Of a stretch of 64,000 bases of DNA, positions 10,118 to 19,919 are shown piece after piece. Source of the DNA: a virus. The stretch lies in IMG/VR virus record IMGVR_UViG_3300029419_000188; one strand, given 5' to 3'. Every line of letters begins with the position of its first letter. Within the stretch, counting starts at the first letter, position 1. Made by a program: the position numbers and the translations under genes. The notes below the pieces were generated by a model. The model was not told the origin of the DNA. It searched no databases and was given only the letters and a program-made list of their open reading frames with translations.

Positions 10118-10695
10118 AAGATAAGTTTTAATGTTTTTTCTTAAAATGTTTAAAATAATTAAATTGTCTCTATTTTTATGGAGACAATTTAATTTTTGAG
10201 TCATAATGAAAAAAATAAATAGAAATTATGTTTAGATATTTTTTTTAAAAGTAGAAACTCAAACTATTTTTTTTTCATATTTTTCTTACATTTGTCTATA
10301 ATAAAGAAAAATTTCAGAAAGAATTAAAAAAGGAGAAGAAATTATAATTTATGGATGAAAAAGTATTGAGAAAATTTAAGACAAATAATTTGACAACTAT
10401 GAAAAAGATATTTCATAATTGTAGTGAATGCTACTCAAATAATAAAAGAAGAAAGTGTAAGTAAGAATGCTTCTGATTCATTAGATCTAACTTGGATTAT
10501 TAAATAAGATATTTACCATGCAAATTTGCATGGTATTTTTTTTGATAAAATTTGGAAAATGATTTAATTGTCTACACAATTTTATCTAATTTCAATTATT
10601 TCATAATATCTTAAATTTTCTTAAATTCATTATATTTGTCTCATAATTATCTATAATATAAAAAAGAATTTTAAGTTTTTAAAAGGAGAGAAATT

Positions 10696-11340
10696 ATGAA
10701 TATTAATGATTATCTTAAAATGTTTAATGAAACATTAATGAATGCAAAAATTAAAGATACAATAGATATTGATCATTTGAAATATGTTGCAATTCAAACA
10801 ATTGAAAAACAATATAAAGTAAATTATCTTACTTCTGATTCAATATCTGTTTCCTATCCATTTTCAAAATTTACAACAGATGGATATGAAATTAAATGTA
10901 AGTTAAATTTCATATTCAAAATTCAAGTAGGTAAAACAGATAAAAAGGAAATGATATCAGAAAAGAAATTTAAATATCTAAGACATTTGAACGGAATTAA
11001 ATTTGTTAAAAGTACTATTTCTTTAAAAGTTAATATATTTAAATTTGTATCTAATAAAACAATTGCTGCATCTGATTGGTCTGGAATTTCTCCAATTGAT
11101 ATTAAATTGAAAAAAAATCAAGAAATAAAAAATTTCATTGAAGAGTTAGATATTGATAAATTTAAGATTGATACAAAACAGATTGTGTGTTTTCCATTTA
11201 TATTGAAAGCTGAACATGAAAAAGATTTCGCAGATCAACATAATTATAATCAATTCATTATTGGACAGCATAAATATGATTTTGATAAAATGTATCAATA
11301 TATTTTTGATAAATTTGAAGTAAAAAAACAAATAAAATAA
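10696..11340 (+). CDS. hypothetical protein
   Basis: consensus leader TTTTAAAAGGAGAGAAATTATG; promoter tctataat at ~10650. Confidence 0.55.
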   Translation: MNINDYLKMFNETLMNAKIKDTIDIDHLKYVAIQTIEKQYKVNYLTSDSISVSYPFSKFTTDGYEIKCKLNFIFKIQVGKTDKKEMISEKKFKYLRHLNGIKFVKSTISLKVNIFKFVSNKTIAASDWSGISPIDIKLKKNQEIKNFIEELDIDKFKIDTKQIVCFPFILKAEHEKDFADQHNYNQFIIGQHKYDFDKMYQYIFDKFEVKKQIK

Positions 11341-11478
11341 TATAAGAAAAATTAATGGAAAACTTATAAAAACAGATATTGAACAACATGTAATGCAAGA
11401 AAAATATTATTTGAGAGAAGAACTTTCATATAAATTTATATAAATTTGATTAAGTTTTCAAAAGGAGAGAAATTACGA

Positions 11479-11664
11479 ATGAAAGAAATTGAAAAAAAAT
11501 TAAATAATCTTGAAGATGAGTTTGAAAAAATGAGAGAAAAAATTAAAACAAATAATTTATCAAATTGGAAGTGTTCCTGTAATTTAAATATTTCAGAAGA
11601 AGAATTAAAGAATTGGAATACAGATAATCCAGATAATATGTGGAAGATTAAATTTATGAAATAA
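11479..11664 (+). CDS. hypothetical small protein
   Basis: consensus leader AAAAGGAGAGAAATTACGAATG; start moved to the internal ATG with RBS. Confidence 0.45.
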   Translation: MKEIEKKLNNLEDEFEKMREKIKTNNLSNWKCSCNLNISEEELKNWNTDNPDNMWKIKFMK

Positions 11665-11676
11665 GGATAGAAAATT

Positions 11677-11718
11677 ATGGGAAAAGTAATATTTTGTTAT
11701 GGAGGTAGAAACAGTTAG
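11677..11718 (+). pseudogene. remnant of a thymidine kinase 5' end (MGKVIFCYGG..stop)
   Basis: matches the first ~10 codons of the TK gene at 19920 (MGKLIFCYGAMG), then an early stop. Confidence 0.4.
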
Positions 11719-11907
11719 AACATTATTACACAAATATGTACAATTTTTCTTGATTGTACATATTTTTAGTTACATATTTTAATTGGTTGTTATATAATAT
11801 AAAAAAATACAAGAAAAAAGAATCTTATATGTTCAGGTATTGAATATTTAAATAAATTAGATTTTAGAGAAATTAGAAATCATTTAGCAACTTACGAAAA
11901 AGATGAA

Positions 11908-12135
11908 ATGGAAAAATTTCATTTACCAGGTCGAACATGGAAAATGGAATTATCAGAAGTCATTTCAAATGTAAAAACAATGTGGGTAAATACTGCTGAT
12001 GAAATAAAACATTATATCCATGATAATGAGTATCTAACAAGTGAAGATCAACATTATTTATTTTATATATTAAAAAGTACGGATTTATGGACAGAAGCAT
12101 TACAATTTAAAAAAGTATCTGAAACTAAAAATTAA
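11908..12135 (+). CDS. hypothetical small protein
   Basis: ORF only. Confidence 0.35.
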   Translation: MEKFHLPGRTWKMELSEVISNVKTMWVNTADEIKHYIHDNEYLTSEDQHYLFYILKSTDLWTEALQFKKVSETKN

Positions 12136-12216
12136 GTACAATTCAAGTCTCAAAAGATAAATCTTATTTATGATGTTGGTTAAAAACTTCCTAGTAGAAA
12201 ATAATAAAAAAATTTG

Positions 12217-12236
12217 AAATATCTGTTGACAATTGT
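12217..12236. promoter_or_regulatory. 14-bp palindrome TTGACAATTGTCAA-like candidate operator overlapping a -35 element, representative copy
   Basis: further copies at ~36884, 40822, 46417 and 56326, each matching the palindrome at 12-13 of 14 positions. Confidence 0.5.
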
Positions 12237-12284
12237 CTTTAAAAATGGTATTATAAATTCATAAATAAGAAAGGAAAGAAGTTT

Positions 12285-13679
12285 ATGATTCAAATTATTA
12301 TTCCAATTATTGTAGCAATTATTTTAATCTTTTTTATGGGATATGTAAAAGCTCCACCAAATATTGCAATTATTATTTCTGGTTTAAAGAAAGAACCAAG
12401 GTATTTGATTGGACGAGCTGGAATTAAAATTCCATTTCTAGAAAGAAAAGATACTCTAATTGTAAAACAAATTTCAGTTGATATTAAAACAAATGGTGCA
12501 ATTCCAACTGCAGATTTTATTGGTGTTGATGTTGATGCTGTTGCAAAGATTAAAATTAAAACTGATCAAGATGGTATTAAAAAAGCAATGGGAAACTTTC
12601 TTAATATGTCTGAAGATCAAATTATTGAAGCACTCACTGATTCTCTTCAGGGCAACATGAGAGAGATTATTGGTACAATTCCATTAAAAGATATCTGTAA
12701 TGATAGAAAACGTTTTGGAGATGAAGTACAAGAAAAAGCACAAACAGATATGAATGCACTTGGTATTGAAATTATTTCTTGTAATATTCAAAGAGTAGAA
12801 GATGAAAATGATTTAATTAATGCTCTTGGTCAAGATAATATGGAACAAATCAAGAAAGATGCAAGTATTGCTAAAGCAAATGCCAAAAAAGAAGTTGCCA
12901 TTGCAGAAGCTGAAGCAAGAAAAATTGCAAATGAAGCAGATGTTGAAGCTGACAGAATTATTGCAGAAAGAAATAATGAGCTTGAAATTAAGAAATCTGA
13001 ACTTAAAAAACTTGCTGATATGAAGAAAGCAGAAGCTGATGCTGCATATTCAATTCAAGAACAAGAACAAAGAAAATCCATTGAAGTAACAACAGCAAAT
13101 GCAGATATTGCAAAAGAAGAACAATATATTATTCTAAAACAAAAAGAAGCAGATGTTAAAGAACAATCTCTTAATGCTGAAATTAAGAAAAAGGCAGAAG
13201 CAGACAAATTTGCAAAACAACAAGATGCTGAAGCTCAATTATTTGCAAGACAAAAAGCAGCAGAAGCTAAAAAATATGAATTAGAATTAGAATCTGCTGG
13301 TATTAGAGCAAAAGGTGAAGCTGAAGCCGATGCAATTAGAGCAAAAGCAATTGCAGAAGCTGAAGGTATTGAGAAAAAAGCAGAAGCAATGCAAAAATAT
13401 GGTGAAGCTGCTATTCTTGAAATGTTCTTTAATGCATTTCCAGAAGCAGTTAAAAATGCAGCAGAGCCTCTTGGTAATGTTGAATCTATTACCATGTACG
13501 GTAGTGGAAATAATGAAAAAATGATTGATTCAATTATGAATACTGTAACACAAGTATCAGATGGAATTAAAGGATCAACTGGATTAGATGTAAAAGCTAT
13601 TATTGAAGAAATGATTGAGAAAAAGAAAGAAACAAATCAAGATTTCAAAGAAGTTGATGTTGAAGAAACTGTTGAATAG
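12285..13679 (+). CDS. flotillin-like SPFH/Band-7 domain membrane protein
   Basis: N-terminal TM helix, SPFH core, then a long Ala/Glu/Lys-rich coiled coil (AEAEARKIA...) typical of FloT/YuaG-like flotillins; sigma-70-like promoter TTGACA-17-TATTAT upstream, overlapping the palindrome TTGACAATTGTC. Confidence 0.7.
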   Translation: MIQIIIPIIVAIILIFFMGYVKAPPNIAIIISGLKKEPRYLIGRAGIKIPFLERKDTLIVKQISVDIKTNGAIPTADFIGVDVDAVAKIKIKTDQDGIKKAMGNFLNMSEDQIIEALTDSLQGNMREIIGTIPLKDICNDRKRFGDEVQEKAQTDMNALGIEIISCNIQRVEDENDLINALGQDNMEQIKKDASIAKANAKKEVAIAEAEARKIANEADVEADRIIAERNNELEIKKSELKKLADMKKAEADAAYSIQEQEQRKSIEVTTANADIAKEEQYIILKQKEADVKEQSLNAEIKKKAEADKFAKQQDAEAQLFARQKAAEAKKYELELESAGIRAKGEAEADAIRAKAIAEAEGIEKKAEAMQKYGEAAILEMFFNAFPEAVKNAAEPLGNVESITMYGSGNNEKMIDSIMNTVTQVSDGIKGSTGLDVKAIIEEMIEKKKETNQDFKEVDVEETVE

Positions 13680-13681
13680 TT

Positions 13682-13712
13682 AAAGAGAGAGTTTTTAACT
13701 CTCTCTTTTTTA
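13682..13712 (+). terminator. rho-independent terminator
   Basis: hairpin aaagagagagttttt-aactctctcttt plus a T-run. Confidence 0.7.
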
Positions 13713-14162
13713 GTTTAAATTTTTCCCATATAATTTTTTGTTTATAAAGTTTTGATTACAATCCAATTGATATAAATCTGTATTATTATAAGGAATATAA
13801 ACCATATAATATGTTTGTCCAATACGAATTTGATTTAAATTTTCTCTTAAAGTAAAATCTTCCGTTAATTTCAAATTATCATAATTTGAAAAAAGCATTT
13901 TTTGATAAGAACGTTTATGTTTCCCACTAGTTTTATAATGTTGAATATCGATCAATTCAACTTTTTGAATATAAAAATTATTTTCTTTAATTTTTTTTAT
14001 AATTTTTTTTGTAAGAATTTAAAGCAAAATTATAAATTAACAGATATAAAATTGCAATTGTTGCTTCATGAAATGAAAATAAAAGATTATTTGTTATATT
14101 TTTTTTATAAAAATATATAATATAAAAATTAAACTTATAAGAATTTTAAAAGGAGTAAATTT

Positions 14163-14393
14163 ATGAAAAAACCAACTAAACAAGAATATGAAGAAGCTTG
14201 TAATAACATTAATTTTTGTAAAAATACAATTCGTTTAACAAGACAGAAGATTGATAAAAATTTAGATGAACTTTGTTCTTTAAAAAGTCAATTAAACACT
14301 TATCAAGAATTTTTAAATCAATCAATTAAAATCAAAGATAAATATGAAATTTATGAAGGATTAGAAAACGAGAAAAATGAAGAAAATTTGTAA
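14163..14393 (+). CDS. hypothetical small coiled-coil protein
   Basis: RBS AAAGGAGTAAATTT. Confidence 0.45.
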   Translation: MKKPTKQEYEEACNNINFCKNTIRLTRQKIDKNLDELCSLKSQLNTYQEFLNQSIKIKDKYEIYEGLENEKNEENL

Positions 14394-14448
14394 GACAAGT
14401 AGAATAAACAAATGAAAATATTTAAAATTTTCAAAAGGAGAGAAAATT

Positions 14449-15063
14449 ATGGAAAAATTTAAGTTAGAGAAAACTATTGAACTTGGGAAGAAAGTAATTA
14501 TTTCTGATCCTGGATATAATATGGATACTTGGTGTATTGGCATATTAAATGACGTACTACTTGGTACATATGAATGTTTTTATGAAATAATTGAAGATAA
14601 TTCTTGGGGAAGAAGAATTGCTTCAATTGAAGTAAAAAATAAAGATTATGAATTTTATGATTTTTCAGAAAACCTTGATGCAGAGATTGGAGTTGATTCT
14701 GGACAATGTGGAATCTATGATTATGATTATTTTAAGCAGAATAATCAGAAAGAAGATTGGTATGGTCAAATTTGTAATTTAACATATATTGAAGAAGAAA
14801 ATCCAAATTATAAAAATTTTTATGAATCAAAATATTATTTTGATCAAGATATAGATGATTTAAAATGGATTAAATATCAAAAATATGTAGATGATGAAGA
14901 AATTTCAAGAATGTTTTTTTCTAGATTTGCAGCAGATACATTCGAGGATAAATGTCTTGTATCTTCATCTGGATATGGTGATGGTTTATATGATGCATTT
15001 GTAGAAAGAAACAATGATGGAAAAATCATTGGAATAAAAATTTCATTTATTGAAGAAGAGTAA
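14449..15063 (+). CDS. hypothetical protein
   Basis: consensus leader; terminator hairpin at 15069-15100 (aaatacattctaga-ttt-tctagaatgtattt). Confidence 0.5.
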   Translation: MEKFKLEKTIELGKKVIISDPGYNMDTWCIGILNDVLLGTYECFYEIIEDNSWGRRIASIEVKNKDYEFYDFSENLDAEIGVDSGQCGIYDYDYFKQNNQKEDWYGQICNLTYIEEENPNYKNFYESKYYFDQDIDDLKWIKYQKYVDDEEISRMFFSRFAADTFEDKCLVSSSGYGDGLYDAFVERNNDGKIIGIKISFIEEE

Positions 15064-15171
15064 TTTAAAATACATTCTAGATTTTCTAGAATGTATTTTA
15101 CTTAAGATAGATTCCTTTTAATTTTGAATCATTCCACTGATTTTGATTCAAATTATTACTTTGATATCTTT

Positions 15172-15455
15172 ACTACTCAAAAAAGTGGTCACAGTCTCCA
15201 CAATGATAGATCTCAACATTTGGTTTATCAAAACTATCGTATTCAAATTCTTCATTTGTGTAATATTTTCTATCATTGACTGCAATGTAATCTACACCGC
15301 TTGTCCTGTCAAAATCCATTCGAAACTTAAAAATCTTCTTACTACCACAATATGGACATTGACATTATCTGTATTGGGCAAGTGTCTTTAAATGTGAAAG
15401 ATAGTGTTCAGTCAGATATTCAATGTCATCAATATCTTCATCAATCTTGTGAATT
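15172..15455 (-). pseudogene. disrupted paralog of the Zn-ribbon gene 61350..61772, with an in-frame TAA and its 5' part separated by an IS insertion
   Basis: minus-strand translation ...LAQYR*CQCPYCGSKKIFKF...EIYHCGDCDHFF aligns with ...KQYRKCKCPRCGSKKIFKF...EIFHCGECDYLFS; the likely N-terminal remainder lies beyond the IS at ~17257-17330. Confidence 0.5.
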
Positions 15456-17256
15456 ACTCATGACTAAAGTCACGAGTGTCTTTCAAGATACATGTTTATA
15501 ACTCATTAAAAATGAGTATAGGATTAAATGCACAATCCAGATATTTTCTTACCTCATATGCCTGATGCAAATTTTTTGGATTTGTCTTACTCTGGCTCGC
15601 ATAGTTATCCCTTGATAACCATGATCGTACTATATACGATATAAGCTTAAACTACCACCATTCCCAGCGGTACTAAATTTTTTATATAATAATTGATAAA
15701 ATCTATTGTTGATATTTCATTTACATCGTTATATATATATAATTAATTTTATAAAGTTTTTTTATTATAACCTAAAATTTTATATTACAAGAATATTATT
15801 AAGAGACAAAATACTAATACCTTCATCAAATAAATTATTTTTTGCATTTGCATCTCGATCATGATGTACTCCACAAATTGGACATGTCCATTCACGATTA
15901 TTTAATTTCAAATTTACATTCTTATAACCACAATGATTACATAACTTACTAGATGCAAAAAATCTATCTACTTGAAGAAAAATGCCACCTTTCTTTTCCA
16001 TTTTATATTTTACAAATGTTAAAAATTGTCCCCAACCAACTGATGCAATTGCTTTCGCTAACTTATGATTTTTTATCATACCTTTAATATTTAAATCTTC
16101 ACAAATAAAAACATCACATTTATTTACAATTTCTTTACTTAATTTATGATGAAAATCTTTTCTTTGATTTTTAATCTTTTGATGTTCTTTTGCTAATTTG
16201 TATTTTGCTTTTTGATAATTATTAGATCCTTTCTTTTTTCTACTAAGTGATTGACTTAATCTTCTTACTCTTTTTTCATGTACTTTAATAAATTTTGGAT
16301 TTTCAACTTTTTCAGTATAATCTTTATTTCCATAAATAGCAAAATCTTTAATTCCCATATCAGATGCAATAATATTTTTTACATGCACAGTCGTAATAGG
16401 AATTGGTTTATCAACAATTGCTTCCATTTGCAATGAAATAGTATAAGTATCTTTATTTCTTTTTATTGTTGCACTTGTAATATTTGTATTCTCTGGTTGA
16501 ATATCCTGTAAGGTTTTTCTTTTTGGTAAAACAAATCTTACTTTTCCAACTTTAGGAATTTTTACATATGGTAATTTATCAATCATTAATAATTCAATGT
16601 TGTTATTTGTATATTTTGTTGTATAGGAGTTTCCACTTTCTTTATATTTATCTACAAATTTAGGAAATCCTGCTTTTTTACCATTTTTAATATTTTCAAA
16701 AAAATGATTATATGCATCATCAACATGTTCAATTGCACTTTCTAATGCAAATTTATCAGATAATTTTAAGAATCCATTTTCTTTTTTTAATTTTGGTAAA
16801 AAATTCTTTTTATAGTCAGATACAAATAGAGTTTCTTTTGAAGTTTCATAAAGATTTTTACGTTCTGATAAATAATTATTTCTTACAAATCTTGCATTAC
16901 CAATTTGTTGATTAATATTGATTGTTTGCTTTTCATTTGGTAATAAAGACAAAATAATACCATAATTAAAAAGCATTTTTCCATATGGTTCAAGAAGTGT
17001 ATTCTTATCTTTTGTAATAGTGAAACTTCTGCCATGAAAAATATATTTATTATTAATGATTTCTAATGTTAGCATATTTTTTATTCCTTTCATATCTGAT
17101 AAATATCATTCTATTACATTTATTGACAAAAGTCAATAAAAAATTCGTTTTTTAGTATTTTTTTATATTTTTAATAATTTCTTTATACATTAAAAATATC
17201 CTACAATAATAGTATTATTGTAGAAAGAAACTTTACTCATGACTAAAGTCACGAGT
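15455..17256 (-). mobile_element. TnpB-only IS200/IS605-family element (IS1341-like) bracketed by a 23-bp direct repeat containing an imperfect hairpin
   Basis: tactcatgactaaagtcacgagt at 15455-15477 and 17234-17256; tnpB inside; GC-richer 3' region 15480-15780 where a right-end guide (omega) RNA would be encoded. Confidence 0.55.
15780..17075 (-). CDS. tnpB: TnpB (IS605 OrfB family RNA-guided nuclease-like transposon protein)
   Basis: GNARFVRNNYL N-terminal motif and a C-terminal zinc finger CNHCGY...CPICG followed by HDRDANAKNN (RuvC-III-like); start moved to the ATG with RBS GAAAGGA. Confidence 0.7.
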   Translation of the reverse strand: MLTLEIINNKYIFHGRSFTITKDKNTLLEPYGKMLFNYGIILSLLPNEKQTININQQIGNARFVRNNYLSERKNLYETSKETLFVSDYKKNFLPKLKKENGFLKLSDKFALESAIEHVDDAYNHFFENIKNGKKAGFPKFVDKYKESGNSYTTKYTNNNIELLMIDKLPYVKIPKVGKVRFVLPKRKTLQDIQPENTNITSATIKRNKDTYTISLQMEAIVDKPIPITTVHVKNIIASDMGIKDFAIYGNKDYTEKVENPKFIKVHEKRVRRLSQSLSRKKKGSNNYQKAKYKLAKEHQKIKNQRKDFHHKLSKEIVNKCDVFICEDLNIKGMIKNHKLAKAIASVGWGQFLTFVKYKMEKKGGIFLQVDRFFASSKLCNHCGYKNVNLKLNNREWTCPICGVHHDRDANAKNNLFDEGISILSLNNILVI

Positions 17257-17632
17257 ATGCAGTTTCTATTTTAATCAAATGCTGAGTTAATTTCCAATGA
17301 TGTATCAATTACAGCTGCAAATAAAACTGTAAAATTTGAAAAGGTAAATACTTCAACTGCAGACAAAGAAAACACAAATACAGTCAATAATACAACAACT
17401 GATAATCAAAATAAAGTAGATAAAACACAAACAAGCGATAATAATCTTGTTGTAATTATTCAATATTCATTAATATTTATTTTCTGTATTGAATTAGTTT
17501 GATATTTCATAAAGAAAAAAAATTAATCTTTTAAGAAGAATGCAAAAAATTGCATTCTTCTTTTATATTTTTTATATTTTTATCTATAATATAAAAAATA
17601 ATATTTTTGAATTTTAAAAGGAGAGAAAAATT

Positions 17633-18136
17633 ATGAAATATTTAAGCAAATTAACAGATGCAGAACTTACGGAAATTTACAAATCTTTTATGACTTCAAC
17701 TGATAAATTTGTAGATTTAATAATTACAAGAGATGAGAACAGTATTACACTAGAAGGACATATTCGTATTCCAGAAGAAGATAAAGAGTATGCAGATGAA
17801 GAAGGATATTGTCTAATTGATGAAGATTATGAGATTACAGATTACAATGTAACAGCATATCATCATTCTGGAAATATGGATTATAAATTAAGAGAATATT
17901 TATATGAAAAATTTGGAGTTGAATATGCAAAAGATTTCTTATTTATGAATAATAATTTTACTGGGCATTATGATGTAAATGGAAAACCAATCTTCCTCGG
18001 AGATACTATTATTGAAGGTTGTAATGGACTTATCAGTAGTGTTGAATTTAATAAAGAACGTGGTGCATATTGGTTAAAAGGACTTGGTGATGGTTATTCA
18101 ATTGAAAATTCATCTATTGAATGGGAAAAAATTTGA
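17633..18136 (+). CDS. hypothetical protein
   Basis: promoter tctataat at 17583; consensus leader. Confidence 0.5.
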   Translation: MKYLSKLTDAELTEIYKSFMTSTDKFVDLIITRDENSITLEGHIRIPEEDKEYADEEGYCLIDEDYEITDYNVTAYHHSGNMDYKLREYLYEKFGVEYAKDFLFMNNNFTGHYDVNGKPIFLGDTIIEGCNGLISSVEFNKERGAYWLKGLGDGYSIENSSIEWEKI

Positions 18137-18149
18137 AAGGAGTGAAAAT

Positions 18150-18464
18150 ATGTATTGTAAAAAACTGAAAGAAAAGAATTGTTTAAAAATAGGTGGAATC
18201 TATAGTATTGATGATAAATATTTGATTATTCCTATTACAAATGATTTACAAGCAGTACTTCAATTAGATGATATTCTTAAAAAATATAAAAAACAGATAC
18301 CAAGTAATGAATTGATTAATATATTTGTTGAAGATTTTTTTGAAGATACTGAGTTTAAACATTTTGATCAAATATATTATAATGGATATTTAGGTCAACT
18401 TGATAAAAGGAATTTGAATTTGATAGAACTTAATTATCAAACAATTCAAGAAAAAAAGAAATAA
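18150..18464 (+). CDS. hypothetical protein, KIGGIY paralog family
   Basis: N-terminal LKIGGIYSIDDKYLII shared with 34519, 42353 and 53419(-); RBS GAAAGGAGTG. Confidence 0.5.
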   Translation: MYCKKLKEKNCLKIGGIYSIDDKYLIIPITNDLQAVLQLDDILKKYKKQIPSNELINIFVEDFFEDTEFKHFDQIYYNGYLGQLDKRNLNLIELNYQTIQEKKK

Positions 18465-18499
18465 TATTGAAAAATTTAAGATTAAAAAGGAGAAAAATT

Positions 18500-19021
18500 A
18501 TGAAAATTAAATGTACAAAAAAAGTATCATATGAGATGAGTAGATATCCAATAAATTGTAAAGAGTGCCCTTACTTCTCAAAAACACCGTATAGATACAT
18601 GAACGAATGTGGCGAGGAAGGTCATTGTGAACTTGGATATTTTGAAGATGATATGAGAGATTTTTCTGGAATCATTAAATATCCAAAATGTAATATTCAA
18701 AATGATCCACGTGTATCATTGATGAAAAAAGATAGAGAAAAATTAAGAGAATTTCTTCTAGACCAAGATGTATGGGATAGAGAAGTTGATGAAATTCTTG
18801 ATGATTTTACGAATGATGTTACAGTAGATGATTTAAAAATTGTTGTAATATTTAATTCTTTATATGATTTGGCAGAAAATTATATTGACAGTGTAATTGG
18901 TTCATTGGATCATTATATTGACTCTGTTCTTGATTATGAGGAATTAGGTAAAAGAATAGCAGAAAATGGTGATGAATACATGATTCTTTCAACAGGAAGA
19001 ATTGTTGAATTTGAATTATAA
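18500..19021 (+). CDS. hypothetical Cys-rich protein
   Basis: RBS AAAAGGAGAAAAATT; CKECPYF...CGEEGHCELGYF. Confidence 0.45.
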   Translation: MKIKCTKKVSYEMSRYPINCKECPYFSKTPYRYMNECGEEGHCELGYFEDDMRDFSGIIKYPKCNIQNDPRVSLMKKDREKLREFLLDQDVWDREVDEILDDFTNDVTVDDLKIVVIFNSLYDLAENYIDSVIGSLDHYIDSVLDYEELGKRIAENGDEYMILSTGRIVEFEL

Positions 19022-19219
19022 ACTTAAAAGAACAACTGACAATTTGAATTAATTAAAAAAAATATGTACAAATAAAATAAATTTGTACATATTTTTTATT
19101 ATTTGGAAAAGAAATTGATATAAATATTTTTTTACTATTCTTTTAATTTATCTTCATATTTTTCTTTTTTTTATCTATAATATAAAAATTGAAAATCAAG
19201 TTTTTGATAGGAGAAAATT

Positions 19220-19903
19220 ATGAAAATAGAGATACAAGAAGTATTAGAAACTCTTCAATCAGATATTACTGAAAAAGAAAATCAAATTAATTTAATCAAA
19301 AATATTGATTGGACAAAATCTGTAACAGAAGAAGAATGGCATCAAATTTGTGAAACTTTATTACGAACTTCAGATTCATTATGTGATCTCTTAAAAAATA
19401 CTTTTCCAAATGCAACAGATATTAAACTTGGAATGAATTATGTAAATTTTAATTTATATGGATTTAAATGTTTACTTCCAACATCTATTTATGAAGAAAT
19501 ACTTGTTGATATGAGTTGGAATAAAAATCTAAAAAAACCAACACTTGAAAACACAATGAATCAATTTGAGAGAAATATGCGAGAATATTTCAAGTCAGTA
19601 GATTCTCATGAATCTTGGTTAAAATTATTTGATTTAAGATTTTTACAGTTTAAACATTATAAAAAATGGATTAAATTCATTTTATGGTTTGGGAAATATA
19701 AATGGAAAAATGTTCATCGAGAAAAATGGGAAGAACAATTCAAAAATACAGAAGAAAGAGTTACTGAAAAATTAAATTTGTATAAAAAAGAAAAAAGAGA
19801 AATTGAAGAAAAAAATAAAATACTTCATGAGAAATTGTTACCAGAATTATATCAATTTACAAAAAATGTTTATGATAAAGATTACAAAAAAGAAATTATT
19901 TAA
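19220..19903 (+). CDS. hypothetical protein, paralog family B
   Basis: promoter tctataat at 19174; paralog of 8809..9495. Confidence 0.6.
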   Translation: MKIEIQEVLETLQSDITEKENQINLIKNIDWTKSVTEEEWHQICETLLRTSDSLCDLLKNTFPNATDIKLGMNYVNFNLYGFKCLLPTSIYEEILVDMSWNKNLKKPTLENTMNQFERNMREYFKSVDSHESWLKLFDLRFLQFKHYKKWIKFILWFGKYKWKNVHREKWEEQFKNTEERVTEKLNLYKKEKREIEEKNKILHEKLLPELYQFTKNVYDKDYKKEII

Positions 19904-19919
19904 AAAAAGGAGAGAAAAT

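Noticed and set aside
13710-13955. Minus-strand 81-aa ORF after the flotillin terminator
   Set aside because: No RBS, and the region looks like decayed AT-rich spacer, so it is not called as a gene.
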